Of a stretch of DNA of 34,005 nt, positions 12,979-21,881 are shown piece after piece. The DNA is taken from the NCBI GenBank assembly GCA_038749855.1, contig JBCDHO010000001.1:1-34005 (forward strand). Direction: 5' to 3'. This stretch comes from Pseudomonadota bacterium (lineage in GTDB: Bacteria; Pseudomonadota; Gammaproteobacteria; Xanthomonadales; SZUA-36). The translations under genes and the position numbers were made by a program. Below the pieces are notes generated by a model. It was not told the origin of the DNA. It ran no database searches and worked only from the letters and a program-made list of their open reading frames with translations. Within the stretch, counting starts at the first letter, position 1, and each line of letters starts with the position of its first letter.

Positions 12979-14901
12979 ATGACCCAGACGACAACCGGCC
13001 GCCAGCAGCCTGCCATGCAGGCCCGACGCGAGACCCTCGGCGCAATCCGTTCACCAGCCGTGGCAATGGCTGCCCTGCTGACGTTCACAGGCCTGCCTGT
13101 CCTTTCCCAGGCACAGTCCATCGAGCGCGTGGAGCCGCCCTTCTGGTACCAGGGCTACCAGCATACGGAGCTTCAGCTTATGATCTACGGCTCCTCCCTG
13201 GCGGGCATGACGCCGACCACTGACCAGGAAGGCATTGCCATCGCCCGGGTCGAAACCGGTGACAGTCCCAACTACCTGTTTGTCTACCTGGACATTGACC
13301 CCAGCGTCGAGCCGGGTGAGTTCGAACTCACGCTCGCGGGCGACGGCGCCACGCTGACCCACCGCTATACGCTGAAAGCGAAGAACCCGGACCCGGACCA
13401 TGCGCGGGGCTTCAGCGGTGCCGACACGATCTACCTGATCACCCCGGACCGGTTCGCCAACGGCAACCCGAACAATGACAACGACCCGGCCCTGGGCGAT
13501 CCGGTGGACCGAAGCGAATTGTGTGGCCGCCACGGGGGCGACATTGAAGGCATCGCGCAGAGCCTGGAGTACATCGACGAGATGGGCTTTACCGCGATCT
13601 GGCTGAACCCGGTCCTCGAGAACCGCATGCCCGTGTGCTCCTATCATGGTTACTCGACCACGGATTTTTACGCCGCCGATCCGCGCTACGGCAGCAACGA
13701 GGAGTACGTGGCCCTGGCAGAGACGGCCCGGGCACGCGGCATCGGCATGATCATGGACATGATCGTGAACCACGTCGGCACGGGCCACTGGTGGATGGAC
13801 GATCTTCCCACCGAGGACTGGCTGAACTTCCCGGAACTGCGCCCGATTACCACCCACATCCACGCGACCATCTTCGACCCGAACGGCTCAGCCTACGACC
13901 GCCAGGCCTTCAGCGACGGCTGGTTCGTCGACACGATGCCGGACCTGAACCAGCGTAACCCCCTGCTGGCCGATTACCTCACGCAAAACGCCCTGTGGTG
14001 GATCGAAACGCTCGGGCTCACCGGTATCCGCATGGACACGCATCCCTACCCGGACAAGGCCTACATGGCGGAGTGGTCCCGGCGCGTCATGGAGGAATAT
14101 CCGGACTTCACCATCGTCGGCGAGGAGTGGCACTCAAGCCCCAACTTCGTCGCCTACTGGCAGCGCGGCAAGGAAAACCACGACGGCTACGTCTCCCACA
14201 TGCCGAGCATGATGGACTTCCCGGTGCAGGCGGCCATCGTGGAATCCCTTATCGAAGAAAAGCCCGACTGGCTCAGTTCCTGGATGGCCCTCTACGAGAA
14301 GCTCGCCCATGACTTTGTCTATCCATCACCCCAGGATCTGGTGATCTTTCCGGACAACCACGACATGAGCCGAATCTTTACGCAGGTGGGTGAGGACCAG
14401 GACCTGTGGCGCATGGCGATGGTCATGGCCGCCACGCTGCGCGGCACCCCGCAAATTTATTACGGAACGGAAATCCTCATGGCCAACCGTGAATCAGGCG
14501 ACCACGGACTGATCCGGAGCGACTTCCCAGGCGGCTGGGAGGGCGATGAGAAGAATGCCTTTACGGGCGAAGGACTGAGCGAAGATGAACTTGAGGCGCA
14601 GGCCTTCCTGCGGCAGCTGCTGAACTGGCGCCGAGGCGCTGAAGTCGTCCACAACGGCGCATTCATGCAGTTCGCACCCATTGGCGAGGTGTACACCTAC
14701 TTTCGCTACAACGATTCCGGCGCCGTCATGGTGGTCATGAACAAGAACGATACGGCCATCGAACTGCCGATGACCCGCTTCGAGGAGCGGCTGGATGGAG
14801 CGGTCGGAGCCGTTGACGTACTCGGTGGCGGAACCGTGAACCTCAGCGGACCGATGACGCTGGCGCCACGTTCGGTACGGTTACTGGAAATCCGCTATTG
14901 A
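12979..14901 (+). CDS. Secreted GH13 cyclomaltodextrinase/neopullulanase-like alpha-amylase
   Basis: GGAGAGG RBS before ATG 12979, a signal-like segment ending VLSQA, N-domain IERVEPPFW, YLITPDRFANG and YHGY, plus catalytic GIRMDT, VGEEW and DNHD. Confidence 0.9.
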   Translation: MTQTTTGRQQPAMQARRETLGAIRSPAVAMAALLTFTGLPVLSQAQSIERVEPPFWYQGYQHTELQLMIYGSSLAGMTPTTDQEGIAIARVETGDSPNYLFVYLDIDPSVEPGEFELTLAGDGATLTHRYTLKAKNPDPDHARGFSGADTIYLITPDRFANGNPNNDNDPALGDPVDRSELCGRHGGDIEGIAQSLEYIDEMGFTAIWLNPVLENRMPVCSYHGYSTTDFYAADPRYGSNEEYVALAETARARGIGMIMDMIVNHVGTGHWWMDDLPTEDWLNFPELRPITTHIHATIFDPNGSAYDRQAFSDGWFVDTMPDLNQRNPLLADYLTQNALWWIETLGLTGIRMDTHPYPDKAYMAEWSRRVMEEYPDFTIVGEEWHSSPNFVAYWQRGKENHDGYVSHMPSMMDFPVQAAIVESLIEEKPDWLSSWMALYEKLAHDFVYPSPQDLVIFPDNHDMSRIFTQVGEDQDLWRMAMVMAATLRGTPQIYYGTEILMANRESGDHGLIRSDFPGGWEGDEKNAFTGEGLSEDELEAQAFLRQLLNWRRGAEVVHNGAFMQFAPIGEVYTYFRYNDSGAVMVVMNKNDTAIELPMTRFEERLDGAVGAVDVLGGGTVNLSGPMTLAPRSVRLLEIRY

Positions 14902-16111
14902 AGGCGCTGGAACCCTCGCCGGCCTCGTTGCGCTGTGCCAGCGCTTCGAGCCGGCGGGCACCTCGCACGGAGCGCGCCAGCGCCTCGGGGAAGCGTTCGG
15001 ACCAGGCGGGAATCCCGTGGTCCGCATCCATGTCACGGATAAATACATAGTTGCGCTCCGGCCGATAACCCCAGCTCCTTAACAGATCGACCATGGCTTC
15101 GACACCGGGCTGCAACAGTGCGTCACCGCCCTCACCCCCCACATCAAGGTAGAAGAACACGGGGCGCTGCTCCCCGGCGCGCTCGGCGAACCACGGCAAG
15201 GCGTCAATGCGCCCTTCGAGCTGAAAGGCCGGTGAGAAGCTAAGCGCACCGCCGAAGACCTCCGGGTAGGTCCAGGCTGTCGCAAAGGCAATGAGACCGC
15301 CCATGGCAGCGCCACCCACGAACGTGTGATGCCGGCCTTCCCGCGTACGGTAGCGTCGGTCGATCAGTGGCTTGACCGTTTCTACCACGAAGCGCATGTA
15401 GTCCTCACCATCGACGCCCGGCGTGTACTCGTTCAGCCGATCGGCCGTGCTGTAGATGCCCACGACGATCATCGGCTCCAGCAGGTCGTCGTCGATCAGT
15501 TGCTGCATGGCCTCGTCGACGCCCCAGTCACGCCCCCCTTTCGCCGTGGCCGGGTCGAAGATGTTTTCGCCGTCATTCAGGTAGAGGACGGGGTAAGCGT
15601 CACCCGTGTTCAGCGCGTAGAAGCGCGGCAGCCAGACAACGATATCCCTTGCTGGCAGCGCGTCGCCGCGGACATGCCGGTGGTAGCGGATGTCACCGGA
15701 TAACTGGCCGCGGGGCTCGACCACCGTCTCCGCATCGGTCCAGGACAGGATCTCGTCGGTGACATCGAGGTTGCGCTGGGCGATAACGCGCAGGTTCTGC
15801 ATGGGCTGACCGCGGTAATCGGCGCCGACGCGGTCATTGGAGCCTAGCGTGTAGCGGTACTCAACCGACATGGCACGTCTAAACACAACAATCGCCCGCC
15901 AGGTGTCATTGCCGTGATACTCCATGCGCACGGCCCGGGGATCCCAGTTACCCAAGGAAGGTGTCCCGCCGCTGAGATACACGACCTCTTCCTGCGACAG
16001 GCCGGGCGCATGCAGCGAAAACTCAACGCTCACGGGCGCCGTTGCCTGGGCAAAGGCCGGCGCGCAGCTCAGCGCCAGCAGGACCACCATGAGGCGGCGT
16101 AGCAACACCAT
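14843..16111 (-). CDS. Secreted CBM20-like domain fused to an alpha/beta-hydrolase (esterase family), nucleophile Ser replaced by Ala
   Basis: Signal peptide (APAFA-Q), CBM20-like VYLSGGTPSLGNWDP...VEYRYT, and esterase motifs RDIVVWLP, YPVLYLNDGENIFD and VKPLIDRRYRT. The nucleophile elbow reads GGAAMGG. Confidence 0.82.
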   Translation of the reverse strand: MVLLRRLMVVLLALSCAPAFAQATAPVSVEFSLHAPGLSQEEVVYLSGGTPSLGNWDPRAVRMEYHGNDTWRAIVVFRRAMSVEYRYTLGSNDRVGADYRGQPMQNLRVIAQRNLDVTDEILSWTDAETVVEPRGQLSGDIRYHRHVRGDALPARDIVVWLPRFYALNTGDAYPVLYLNDGENIFDPATAKGGRDWGVDEAMQQLIDDDLLEPMIVVGIYSTADRLNEYTPGVDGEDYMRFVVETVKPLIDRRYRTREGRHHTFVGGAAMGGLIAFATAWTYPEVFGGALSFSPAFQLEGRIDALPWFAERAGEQRPVFFYLDVGGEGGDALLQPGVEAMVDLLRSWGYRPERNYVFIRDMDADHGIPAWSERFPEALARSVRGARRLEALAQRNEAGEGSSAFNSGFPVTVPNVAPASSVR

Positions 16112-16124
16112 TTGTCCGCTCCCT

Positions 16125-17621
16125 TCATTCCGCGCAGTGGCGCGCTATGAATTCCGAATGGGGGCTTAGCCCACCAATCAACGATTGTACCGACCGCTTC
16201 TGCTGACTCATGAACCGCGCAAGCTGCTCATGAGGCAAGCGGTCGGCCATCGGGTGCCAGGCCTCGGGCGTTATGCCCTGCCCGATCATGACCTGTAGCC
16301 AGGCTTCTTCGGCAAACAGGTCTTCCGGCTCCCGGAAAATACCGCCCGTGGCGCGGAACATGGCCAACTTGTGTTGCAGGCCATCGGGCAGCGCCATGCT
16401 GCGGCATGCCGTCCAGAACGTCCCCTGTCGCTGGTTGGCATGGTAATGGAGCACCAGGAAGTCACGAATCAGCTCGAACTCCCTCCGCGTTTGACGATTG
16501 TACTCTGTGATTGTCGCTGGGTCGGGCTGCGGCCCCGGAAACAGCTTCACGAGGCGGTCCACGCCGGATTGCACCAGGTGGATGCTGGTGGACTCCAGCG
16601 GCTCCATGAACCCGCTTGCCAGCCCCAGCGCAACACAGTTGTGCTTCCAGAATTGCTTTCGCATTCCGGTGGTGAATCGAATCACCCGCGGCGTTCCGGT
16701 CGGGTCGCCATCGAGGCCCTTCAGAAGGGTTTCCGTGGCCTCGTCCTCGCTCATATGGGCGCTGCAGAATACGTGCCCGTTACCCGTGCGGTGCTGGAGC
16801 GGAATGCGCCACTGCCAGCCGGCGTCCCGGGCAATGGCCCGCGTGTAAGGAACCAGTGGCTTGGTGCCCTCACACTGCACGGCCACGGCCCGGTCACAGG
16901 GGAGAAAATGACTCCAGTCCTCAAAACCGGCACCCAGTGCCTCCTCGATCAACAGGCCACGAAAGCCGGTGCAGTCGATGAAGAGGTCCGCCGTGAGGGC
17001 TCGTCCGTCTTCGAGACACACGGCGCCGATAAAACCGTCCTCCGGGCGCAGGCGCGTCTCGACAATACGGCCCTCATGGCGTTTGACGCCCACATGCTCA
17101 GCGTAGCGCCGCAGGTATACGGCCACCTTAGAGGCATCGAAGTGATAAGCGTGGACCAGCCCCTCGTGCCCTGCCTTGGGATCCGGCGCCACGCTTGCAT
17201 AGCGATTTTGCCGGGCCGCCTGGAGGTTCGGTGAATAATCCCACAGGTCAGACGGCAGGCCCTGGTCCTGGGCGCGCAGCCAGTAGTGATGGAACGGCGC
17301 ATGCCCCAGGGCGCGACCCGTGGCGCCGAACGCGTGCATGTAGGCGCTATCGGGAACGCCCCAGCCCTCGAACTGAATCCCCAGCTTGATGGTGGCGCTG
17401 GTGTGACGCATGAAGTCCAGCTCGTTGATGCCGAGCACGCCGAGGAGCAGGCGAATCTGTGGAATCGTCGCCTCGCCGACGCCCACGGTACCGATGGCCT
17501 CGGATTCGACCAGCTCGACCCGTGCGGCCGGCCCAAGCAGTCGCGCGAGCGAAGCGGCCGCCAGCCATCCGGCTGTGCCGCCGCCGACGACAAGGACCCG
17601 TGTGGGTTCAGGCTGATGCAT
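16125..17621 (-). CDS. Flavin-dependent halogenase, tryptophan halogenase family
   Basis: GGGTAGW, TVGVGEATIP, ATIKLGI (catalytic Lys region), AYHFDA, FIDCTGF, GWQWRIPLQHR (WxWxIP) and FMEPLESTSIH. Start is ATG 17621 or TTG 17630. Confidence 0.9.
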   Translation of the reverse strand: MHQPEPTRVLVVGGGTAGWLAAASLARLLGPAARVELVESEAIGTVGVGEATIPQIRLLLGVLGINELDFMRHTSATIKLGIQFEGWGVPDSAYMHAFGATGRALGHAPFHHYWLRAQDQGLPSDLWDYSPNLQAARQNRYASVAPDPKAGHEGLVHAYHFDASKVAVYLRRYAEHVGVKRHEGRIVETRLRPEDGFIGAVCLEDGRALTADLFIDCTGFRGLLIEEALGAGFEDWSHFLPCDRAVAVQCEGTKPLVPYTRAIARDAGWQWRIPLQHRTGNGHVFCSAHMSEDEATETLLKGLDGDPTGTPRVIRFTTGMRKQFWKHNCVALGLASGFMEPLESTSIHLVQSGVDRLVKLFPGPQPDPATITEYNRQTRREFELIRDFLVLHYHANQRQGTFWTACRSMALPDGLQHKLAMFRATGGIFREPEDLFAEEAWLQVMIGQGITPEAWHPMADRLPHEQLARFMSQQKRSVQSLIGGLSPHSEFIARHCAE

Positions 17622-17649
17622 GGGCTTCAATGTGCGTTATTCGGGCAGG

Positions 17650-17683
17650 AAACGCAAAGCGCCCCGCCGGTGGGCGGGGCGCT
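17650..17683 (-). terminator. Hairpin / weak intrinsic terminator after the TonB receptor gene
   Basis: 11-bp stem agcgccccgcc (17658-17668) / ggcggggcgct (17673-17683) with a 4-nt loop. The minus-strand tail is an interrupted U-run (..CTTTGCGTTT). Confidence 0.6.
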
Positions 17684-17697
17684 CTGAACTTGGGATG

Positions 17698-17717
17698 CGG
17701 TGCCCTCGCGGGCACCG
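17698..17717. other. Second hairpin downstream of the TonB receptor stop
   Basis: cggtgccc-tcgc-gggcaccg, a perfect 8-bp stem. Confidence 0.55.
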
Positions 17718-17736
17718 GGCTTACAGCCAACCGGGC

Positions 17737-20487
17737 TTACTGCCAGGTGTAGGCCACGCCGAGCAGATAGGTCCTACCATAGCGCTGGAAGTCGATAACC
17801 TGGCGTTCGTCCTCGTTCCCAAAGGTCACGAACTCCTCATCCGTCAGGTTAAGCACCTGGGCCAGGAGGGTCAGGCCTTCCAGGCGACCACCGAAGAAGT
17901 AGCTTGCCTGGGCGTCGACGACTGTCTCGCCCTGGACGGTCCGGAAGTCACGACCGTTACCGAAGCCGGCCACTTCGCCCAGGAAGTCGCTGCGCTCGCG
18001 GCCGCTGACACGGGCCGACCAACGATCGGTCTCGTAGTACACCGTCAGGTTGTAAACGTCCTCCGAGAGACCCGGCACGCTGATTTCGTTGCCCGGCGAA
18101 TCCTCGATGGAACTGTCCGTGAAGGACGCGCTACCGATGACACCGAAGCCACCCCACCAGGAATCAGTGAAGGCGCTCAGGGCCAGGGCCCCGGAGACTT
18201 CCCAGCCACTGATGTCGCCACCCGAACCGTTCACCGGGACGGAGACCAGACCTTCACGCAACACCGGCTCATCGCCGTCACCGATCGGGAAACCGGTGAA
18301 GTCATACACCTGCGGCGCGGTCAGAACCCACGAGTCGAGGTCCTTATAAAAGTAGGCGATGGCGAAGTAGCTAAGTCCATCGAGAAAGTACTTCTCGAAG
18401 GACAGATCGAAGGCGTCGGCAATCCACGGACGCAGCTCTGGGTTACCGCCGCTGCCGCTCCAGGGACTTTGGTTGATGTCATCCGAGTCTTCGAACTCCT
18501 CGTTGTAGCCCCACTGCAGACCGGCGCGCAGGTCGTCCATGCGCGGGCGGGCTAGCGTGCGCCCGTAGGCGAAGCGAATGAACGAGTCGTTCATGAACTG
18601 AAAGGTCAGGTTCAGGCTGGGGAGCCATTCCTCATAAGTGGCACCACCGGTCGTAGGCACGAGCACCGGATCCGTGTCGCCGCTACCGGAAATGGCGAAG
18701 GAGCTCTGGTCTGTATCCACGTACTGAACACCCACATTACCGGTGACGAGCGTGTCGCCCCACAGCACCTCATAGTTCAGCATGAGCCAGGGAATCCACA
18801 CATCTTCCTCGACCTGCCACGACTTAATGACCACGTCGTCGTCGGGGTTGCGCGTCAACACATAAGTGCCATCGTTCACGGCCGCGAGCGGATCGTAGGT
18901 GATCATGCCGGGAATGCCCAGAAAGCTCAGGTTGGTGATCGAGGTGTTCGCAGGCAGCGGCGCTTCCAGCGCTCCGTTCGGCAACGCAAGGAAGAACTCA
19001 TCCGCGGTCTTGATCTTCTCGCGCGTGGTGTAGTTGACGCCGAACTCGATGCTGGATGCGAAGCCCTCATCAAAGGTGTACTCACCGCGTACGTCCACGG
19101 CCGTCAGCTCATCGGTGATGTTCGGGTTGTTAAAGTAACCCAGCTGGCCACCCGGCACGATGTTTCCGCCCCAGCCACGCGGGCTGGTGAGCACGATGTC
19201 CGGGCTCGTGTAGTCAAGATCGGTGCCGAAGATGGCGCCGCGGCCCGGGCCGAGATTGAAGCTGACGGTGTCCTGCGCGCAACCGGAGAAGTTGTTGCAG
19301 AAGCCGGAGTAGGTTTCAAGCAGCGAGTCCGTGCGGTCGACTTCCGAGTAGCTCAGGTCGCCGATCAGGACGAAGTTGTCCCCGATGCTCCACTGCGCGT
19401 TCCAACCGGCGGCCCACAGCTCCGCTTCGCGTCGGTTAAGGTCGTTACGGATAACCCCGGTGACATTCTCGAAGGTACCGTCGGTAATCAAACCGTCATT
19501 GACCGTGAAACCGGGCAAAAGCACCTCACCCGCGCCACCCCACCAGAACGGAAGCTCGATACCGCGCAGCAGCTGCGTTTCGTCGAAGTCCGTGTAGTAG
19601 ATGTCCACGGCCGTGTTGAAGGTACTGCTTGGCTGCCACTCGACCACGCCCATGATGCCCGTACGCTCGAGGTTGTTGCTCTGCGCGAAGGGCTTGGCGC
19701 CGCCGATGACCAGGGCGCCATCCGGACCTTCCGGATAGCCCCAGGCGTTGTAGCGTTCGCTCTGTGCCGGAGAATCGATGTAGGCCAGACCGAAGGCCAC
19801 ACCCACCGTGTCGTCAGCGAACTGGTCGACGTAGGAGAAGCTTCCGCGCCAGCCGTCGTCGTCCGCGTCGCCGTTCAGCGCGTCGATGTCGTTCCACTCG
19901 TAACGGGCGTTGGCCGTCGCGGCGCGCTCGCCATACTCCAGGGGGCGAATCGTTCGCAGGTCGACGGTGCCGGCAAGACCCTGGCCCATGAGTGCGGCGT
20001 CCGGGGTCTTGTAGACCACGGCGGTCTGGATGAGCTCACCGGGGTAAGCGTCAAACTCGACGCCGCGGTTGTCACTGGTGCTGACTTGCTGGCGTCCGTT
20101 AAGCAGCGCCGTCGTGAAATCGGGCCCAAGGCCACGAACGCTGATCACCTGGCTGCGCCCGTTCAGGCGCTGCGCCGTGACACCCGGCAAACGCGCCAGG
20201 GAATCGGTGATGGACAGGTCGGGCAGCTTGCCGATTTCCTCGGCAGAGACCGCTTCGACGATCGACGATTCGTTTCGCTTGATGTCGACGGAGCTCTGCA
20301 GACCCGCGCGGATACCGGTGACATACACGGTACCCAGATCGGCCTGGTCTTCGGTTTGTTCAGTTTCGGTCGCCTGGTCCTCGGTTTCATCGACTTCGTC
20401 TTGAGCGTAGACGGCCGTCGAGGTGGCCAGCATGAGAGAAATGGTTGCCGCCAGTTCTTTACGGCGGATAACTTTCTTATGTTGCAT
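17737..20487 (-). CDS. TonB-dependent receptor, probable maltodextrin transporter (MalA-like)
   Basis: GGAGG RBS before ATG 20487, signal peptide (AVYA-Q), TonB-box-like TVYVTGIR, plug SAEEIGKLPD..ITDSLARLPGV and VYKTPDA, GGNPELRP, and a C-terminal beta strand GRTYLLGVAYTW. Substrate is inferred from context. Confidence 0.9.
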   Translation of the reverse strand: MQHKKVIRRKELAATISLMLATSTAVYAQDEVDETEDQATETEQTEDQADLGTVYVTGIRAGLQSSVDIKRNESSIVEAVSAEEIGKLPDLSITDSLARLPGVTAQRLNGRSQVISVRGLGPDFTTALLNGRQQVSTSDNRGVEFDAYPGELIQTAVVYKTPDAALMGQGLAGTVDLRTIRPLEYGERAATANARYEWNDIDALNGDADDDGWRGSFSYVDQFADDTVGVAFGLAYIDSPAQSERYNAWGYPEGPDGALVIGGAKPFAQSNNLERTGIMGVVEWQPSSTFNTAVDIYYTDFDETQLLRGIELPFWWGGAGEVLLPGFTVNDGLITDGTFENVTGVIRNDLNRREAELWAAGWNAQWSIGDNFVLIGDLSYSEVDRTDSLLETYSGFCNNFSGCAQDTVSFNLGPGRGAIFGTDLDYTSPDIVLTSPRGWGGNIVPGGQLGYFNNPNITDELTAVDVRGEYTFDEGFASSIEFGVNYTTREKIKTADEFFLALPNGALEAPLPANTSITNLSFLGIPGMITYDPLAAVNDGTYVLTRNPDDDVVIKSWQVEEDVWIPWLMLNYEVLWGDTLVTGNVGVQYVDTDQSSFAISGSGDTDPVLVPTTGGATYEEWLPSLNLTFQFMNDSFIRFAYGRTLARPRMDDLRAGLQWGYNEEFEDSDDINQSPWSGSGGNPELRPWIADAFDLSFEKYFLDGLSYFAIAYFYKDLDSWVLTAPQVYDFTGFPIGDGDEPVLREGLVSVPVNGSGGDISGWEVSGALALSAFTDSWWGGFGVIGSASFTDSSIEDSPGNEISVPGLSEDVYNLTVYYETDRWSARVSGRERSDFLGEVAGFGNGRDFRTVQGETVVDAQASYFFGGRLEGLTLLAQVLNLTDEEFVTFGNEDERQVIDFQRYGRTYLLGVAYTWQ

Positions 20488-20552
20488 CTGTGCCTCCAAC
20501 ACATGAGCTGGTGCGGCAAGTGTGCGGCTCCTCACGAACGGCAGCAAGGGAT

Positions 20553-20566
20553 TGCAAACGTATTCA
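20553..20566. promoter_or_regulatory. Putative LacI-family operator upstream of the TonB receptor
   Basis: TGCAAACGTATTCA is 13/14 identical to the 12881 site. Confidence 0.68.
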
Positions 20567-20593
20567 GGCCGATCATTCACACGGAAACCCTTG

Positions 20594-20625
20594 AACCGTC
20601 ATGGTTTTTTGCTAACCGTCATGGT
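20594..20625. repeat. 12-bp direct repeat AACCGTCATGGT x2 with a 20-bp period
   Basis: Copies at 20594-20605 and 20614-20625 in the TBDR/LacI intergenic region. Confidence 0.8.
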
Positions 20626-20691
20626 AGCGGCGGCAAGCCATGAGGCGCACGGAGGGCAACTCAGCGCAAGATCATGATTTCCCTGAAACAA

Positions 20692-20700
20692 TGGTACAAT
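20692..20700 (+). promoter_or_regulatory. Extended -10 element for the LacI regulator
   Basis: TGgTACAAT lies about 50 nt upstream of TTG 20752. No good -35 is visible. Confidence 0.5.
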
Positions 20701-20751
20701 TCAAGCGGTTGGACAGTCTCCCCTAACCAACACAGATCAGGGCGACGCCAC

Positions 20752-21786
20752 TTGGGCTCAGGCAAGACGACATCATTTGACATCGCACACCGTGCCGGCG
20801 TCTCTCAGGCGACGGTGTCGCGCGCCTTGAGAAACAGCCCGCTCGTCAGCCCCGAAACGCGGGAAAAGGTCCAGCGCATTGCGCGCGAGTTGAACTACCA
20901 GGTCGACCGCAGCGCGGCCGGCCTGCGCTCCCAGACCAGCCATACGCTGGCCCTGCTGCTGTTCGAGGACTCGACCACCGACAACTCCCAGATCAACCCC
21001 TTTTTTCTGTCCATGCTGAGCAACATCTCACGCGCCGCCAACCGCAGGAATTTCGACCTGCTGGTGTCCTTCCAGCAGCTGAGCAAAGACTGGCACTACG
21101 AGTACGAAGCCAGCAACCGGGCGGACGGCATCATCCTGCTGGGCTATGGCGACTACATCAGCTTCACGGACAAGCTCGCGAAGCTCCTTTCCGAAGACGC
21201 GCATTTCGTGATTTGGGGTGCGACGCAGCCAGGCATCGAAGCCCACGCCGTGGGCTGCGACAACTTTGCCGGCGGGCGCCTCGCCTCAGAACACCTGCTC
21301 GGCCTCGGGCGCCGGCGCATCGCCTTCATCGGTGACATCACTGACCGCTGCCCGGAATTCAAACGCCGCTACGAAGGGCACGTCGCAGCACTGGCCGAGG
21401 CGGGGCTCGAGCCTGACCCAGCGCTGCAAATCGATGCGCAGGGGCCAGAGACCGTCGGCTTCGAAGCCACACAGCGCCTGCTGGATTCGGGACAGCCCTT
21501 CGATGCAATCTTCGCGGTGAGCGACCTCATCGCCATTGGCGCCGTCCGATGCCTGAACAAAGCCGGTCTGAGCGTGCCCGGGGACATTTCGGTGGTCGGC
21601 TTCGATGACATTCACGCGGCCCGCTACCTGTCCCCAGCGCTGACCACGGTCAGGCAGGACACGTCGGCAGCCGCCGACCTCCTGGTCGACAAGCTCCTGC
21701 GCATGATCGCCGGGGAAGAGGCCCGCACGGACCTGCTGGCGCCCTCTTTGGTGGTTCGCGGCTCCTGCGGCGGTCGTGAACGCTGA
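20752..21786 (+). CDS. LacI-family transcriptional regulator (MalR-like)
   Basis: HTH TSFDIAHRAGVSQATVSRAL, hinge AAGLRS, INPFF and PGDISVVGFDD..LTTVRQD. TTG 20752 is preferred over ATG 20674 because the HTH begins right after it and the -10 element lies between the two. Confidence 0.93.
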   Translation: MGSGKTTSFDIAHRAGVSQATVSRALRNSPLVSPETREKVQRIARELNYQVDRSAAGLRSQTSHTLALLLFEDSTTDNSQINPFFLSMLSNISRAANRRNFDLLVSFQQLSKDWHYEYEASNRADGIILLGYGDYISFTDKLAKLLSEDAHFVIWGATQPGIEAHAVGCDNFAGGRLASEHLLGLGRRRIAFIGDITDRCPEFKRRYEGHVAALAEAGLEPDPALQIDAQGPETVGFEATQRLLDSGQPFDAIFAVSDLIAIGAVRCLNKAGLSVPGDISVVGFDDIHAARYLSPALTTVRQDTSAAADLLVDKLLRMIAGEEARTDLLAPSLVVRGSCGGRER

Positions 21787-21797
21787 ATTCGTATTCA
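21784..21797. promoter_or_regulatory. Putative LacI-family operator overlapping the regulator stop codon, upstream of the second MFS gene
   Basis: TGAATTCGTATTCA is 13/14 identical to the perfect palindrome TGAATACGTATTCA. Confidence 0.62.
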
Positions 21798-21881
21798 CCG
21801 CCCCAAGGCAGGCACAACCAAGACGTCACGCTTAAGGTGAGGCGCACTCCGGGCCACGTCGCCCGACACGGACCCTGACCC

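Noticed and set aside
20488-20751. ORF-track N-terminal extensions of the TBDR (to 20580) and LacI (from 20674)
   Set aside because: They run through the operator and promoter elements. Better starts exist at 20487 (SD plus signal peptide) and 20752 (HTH start).
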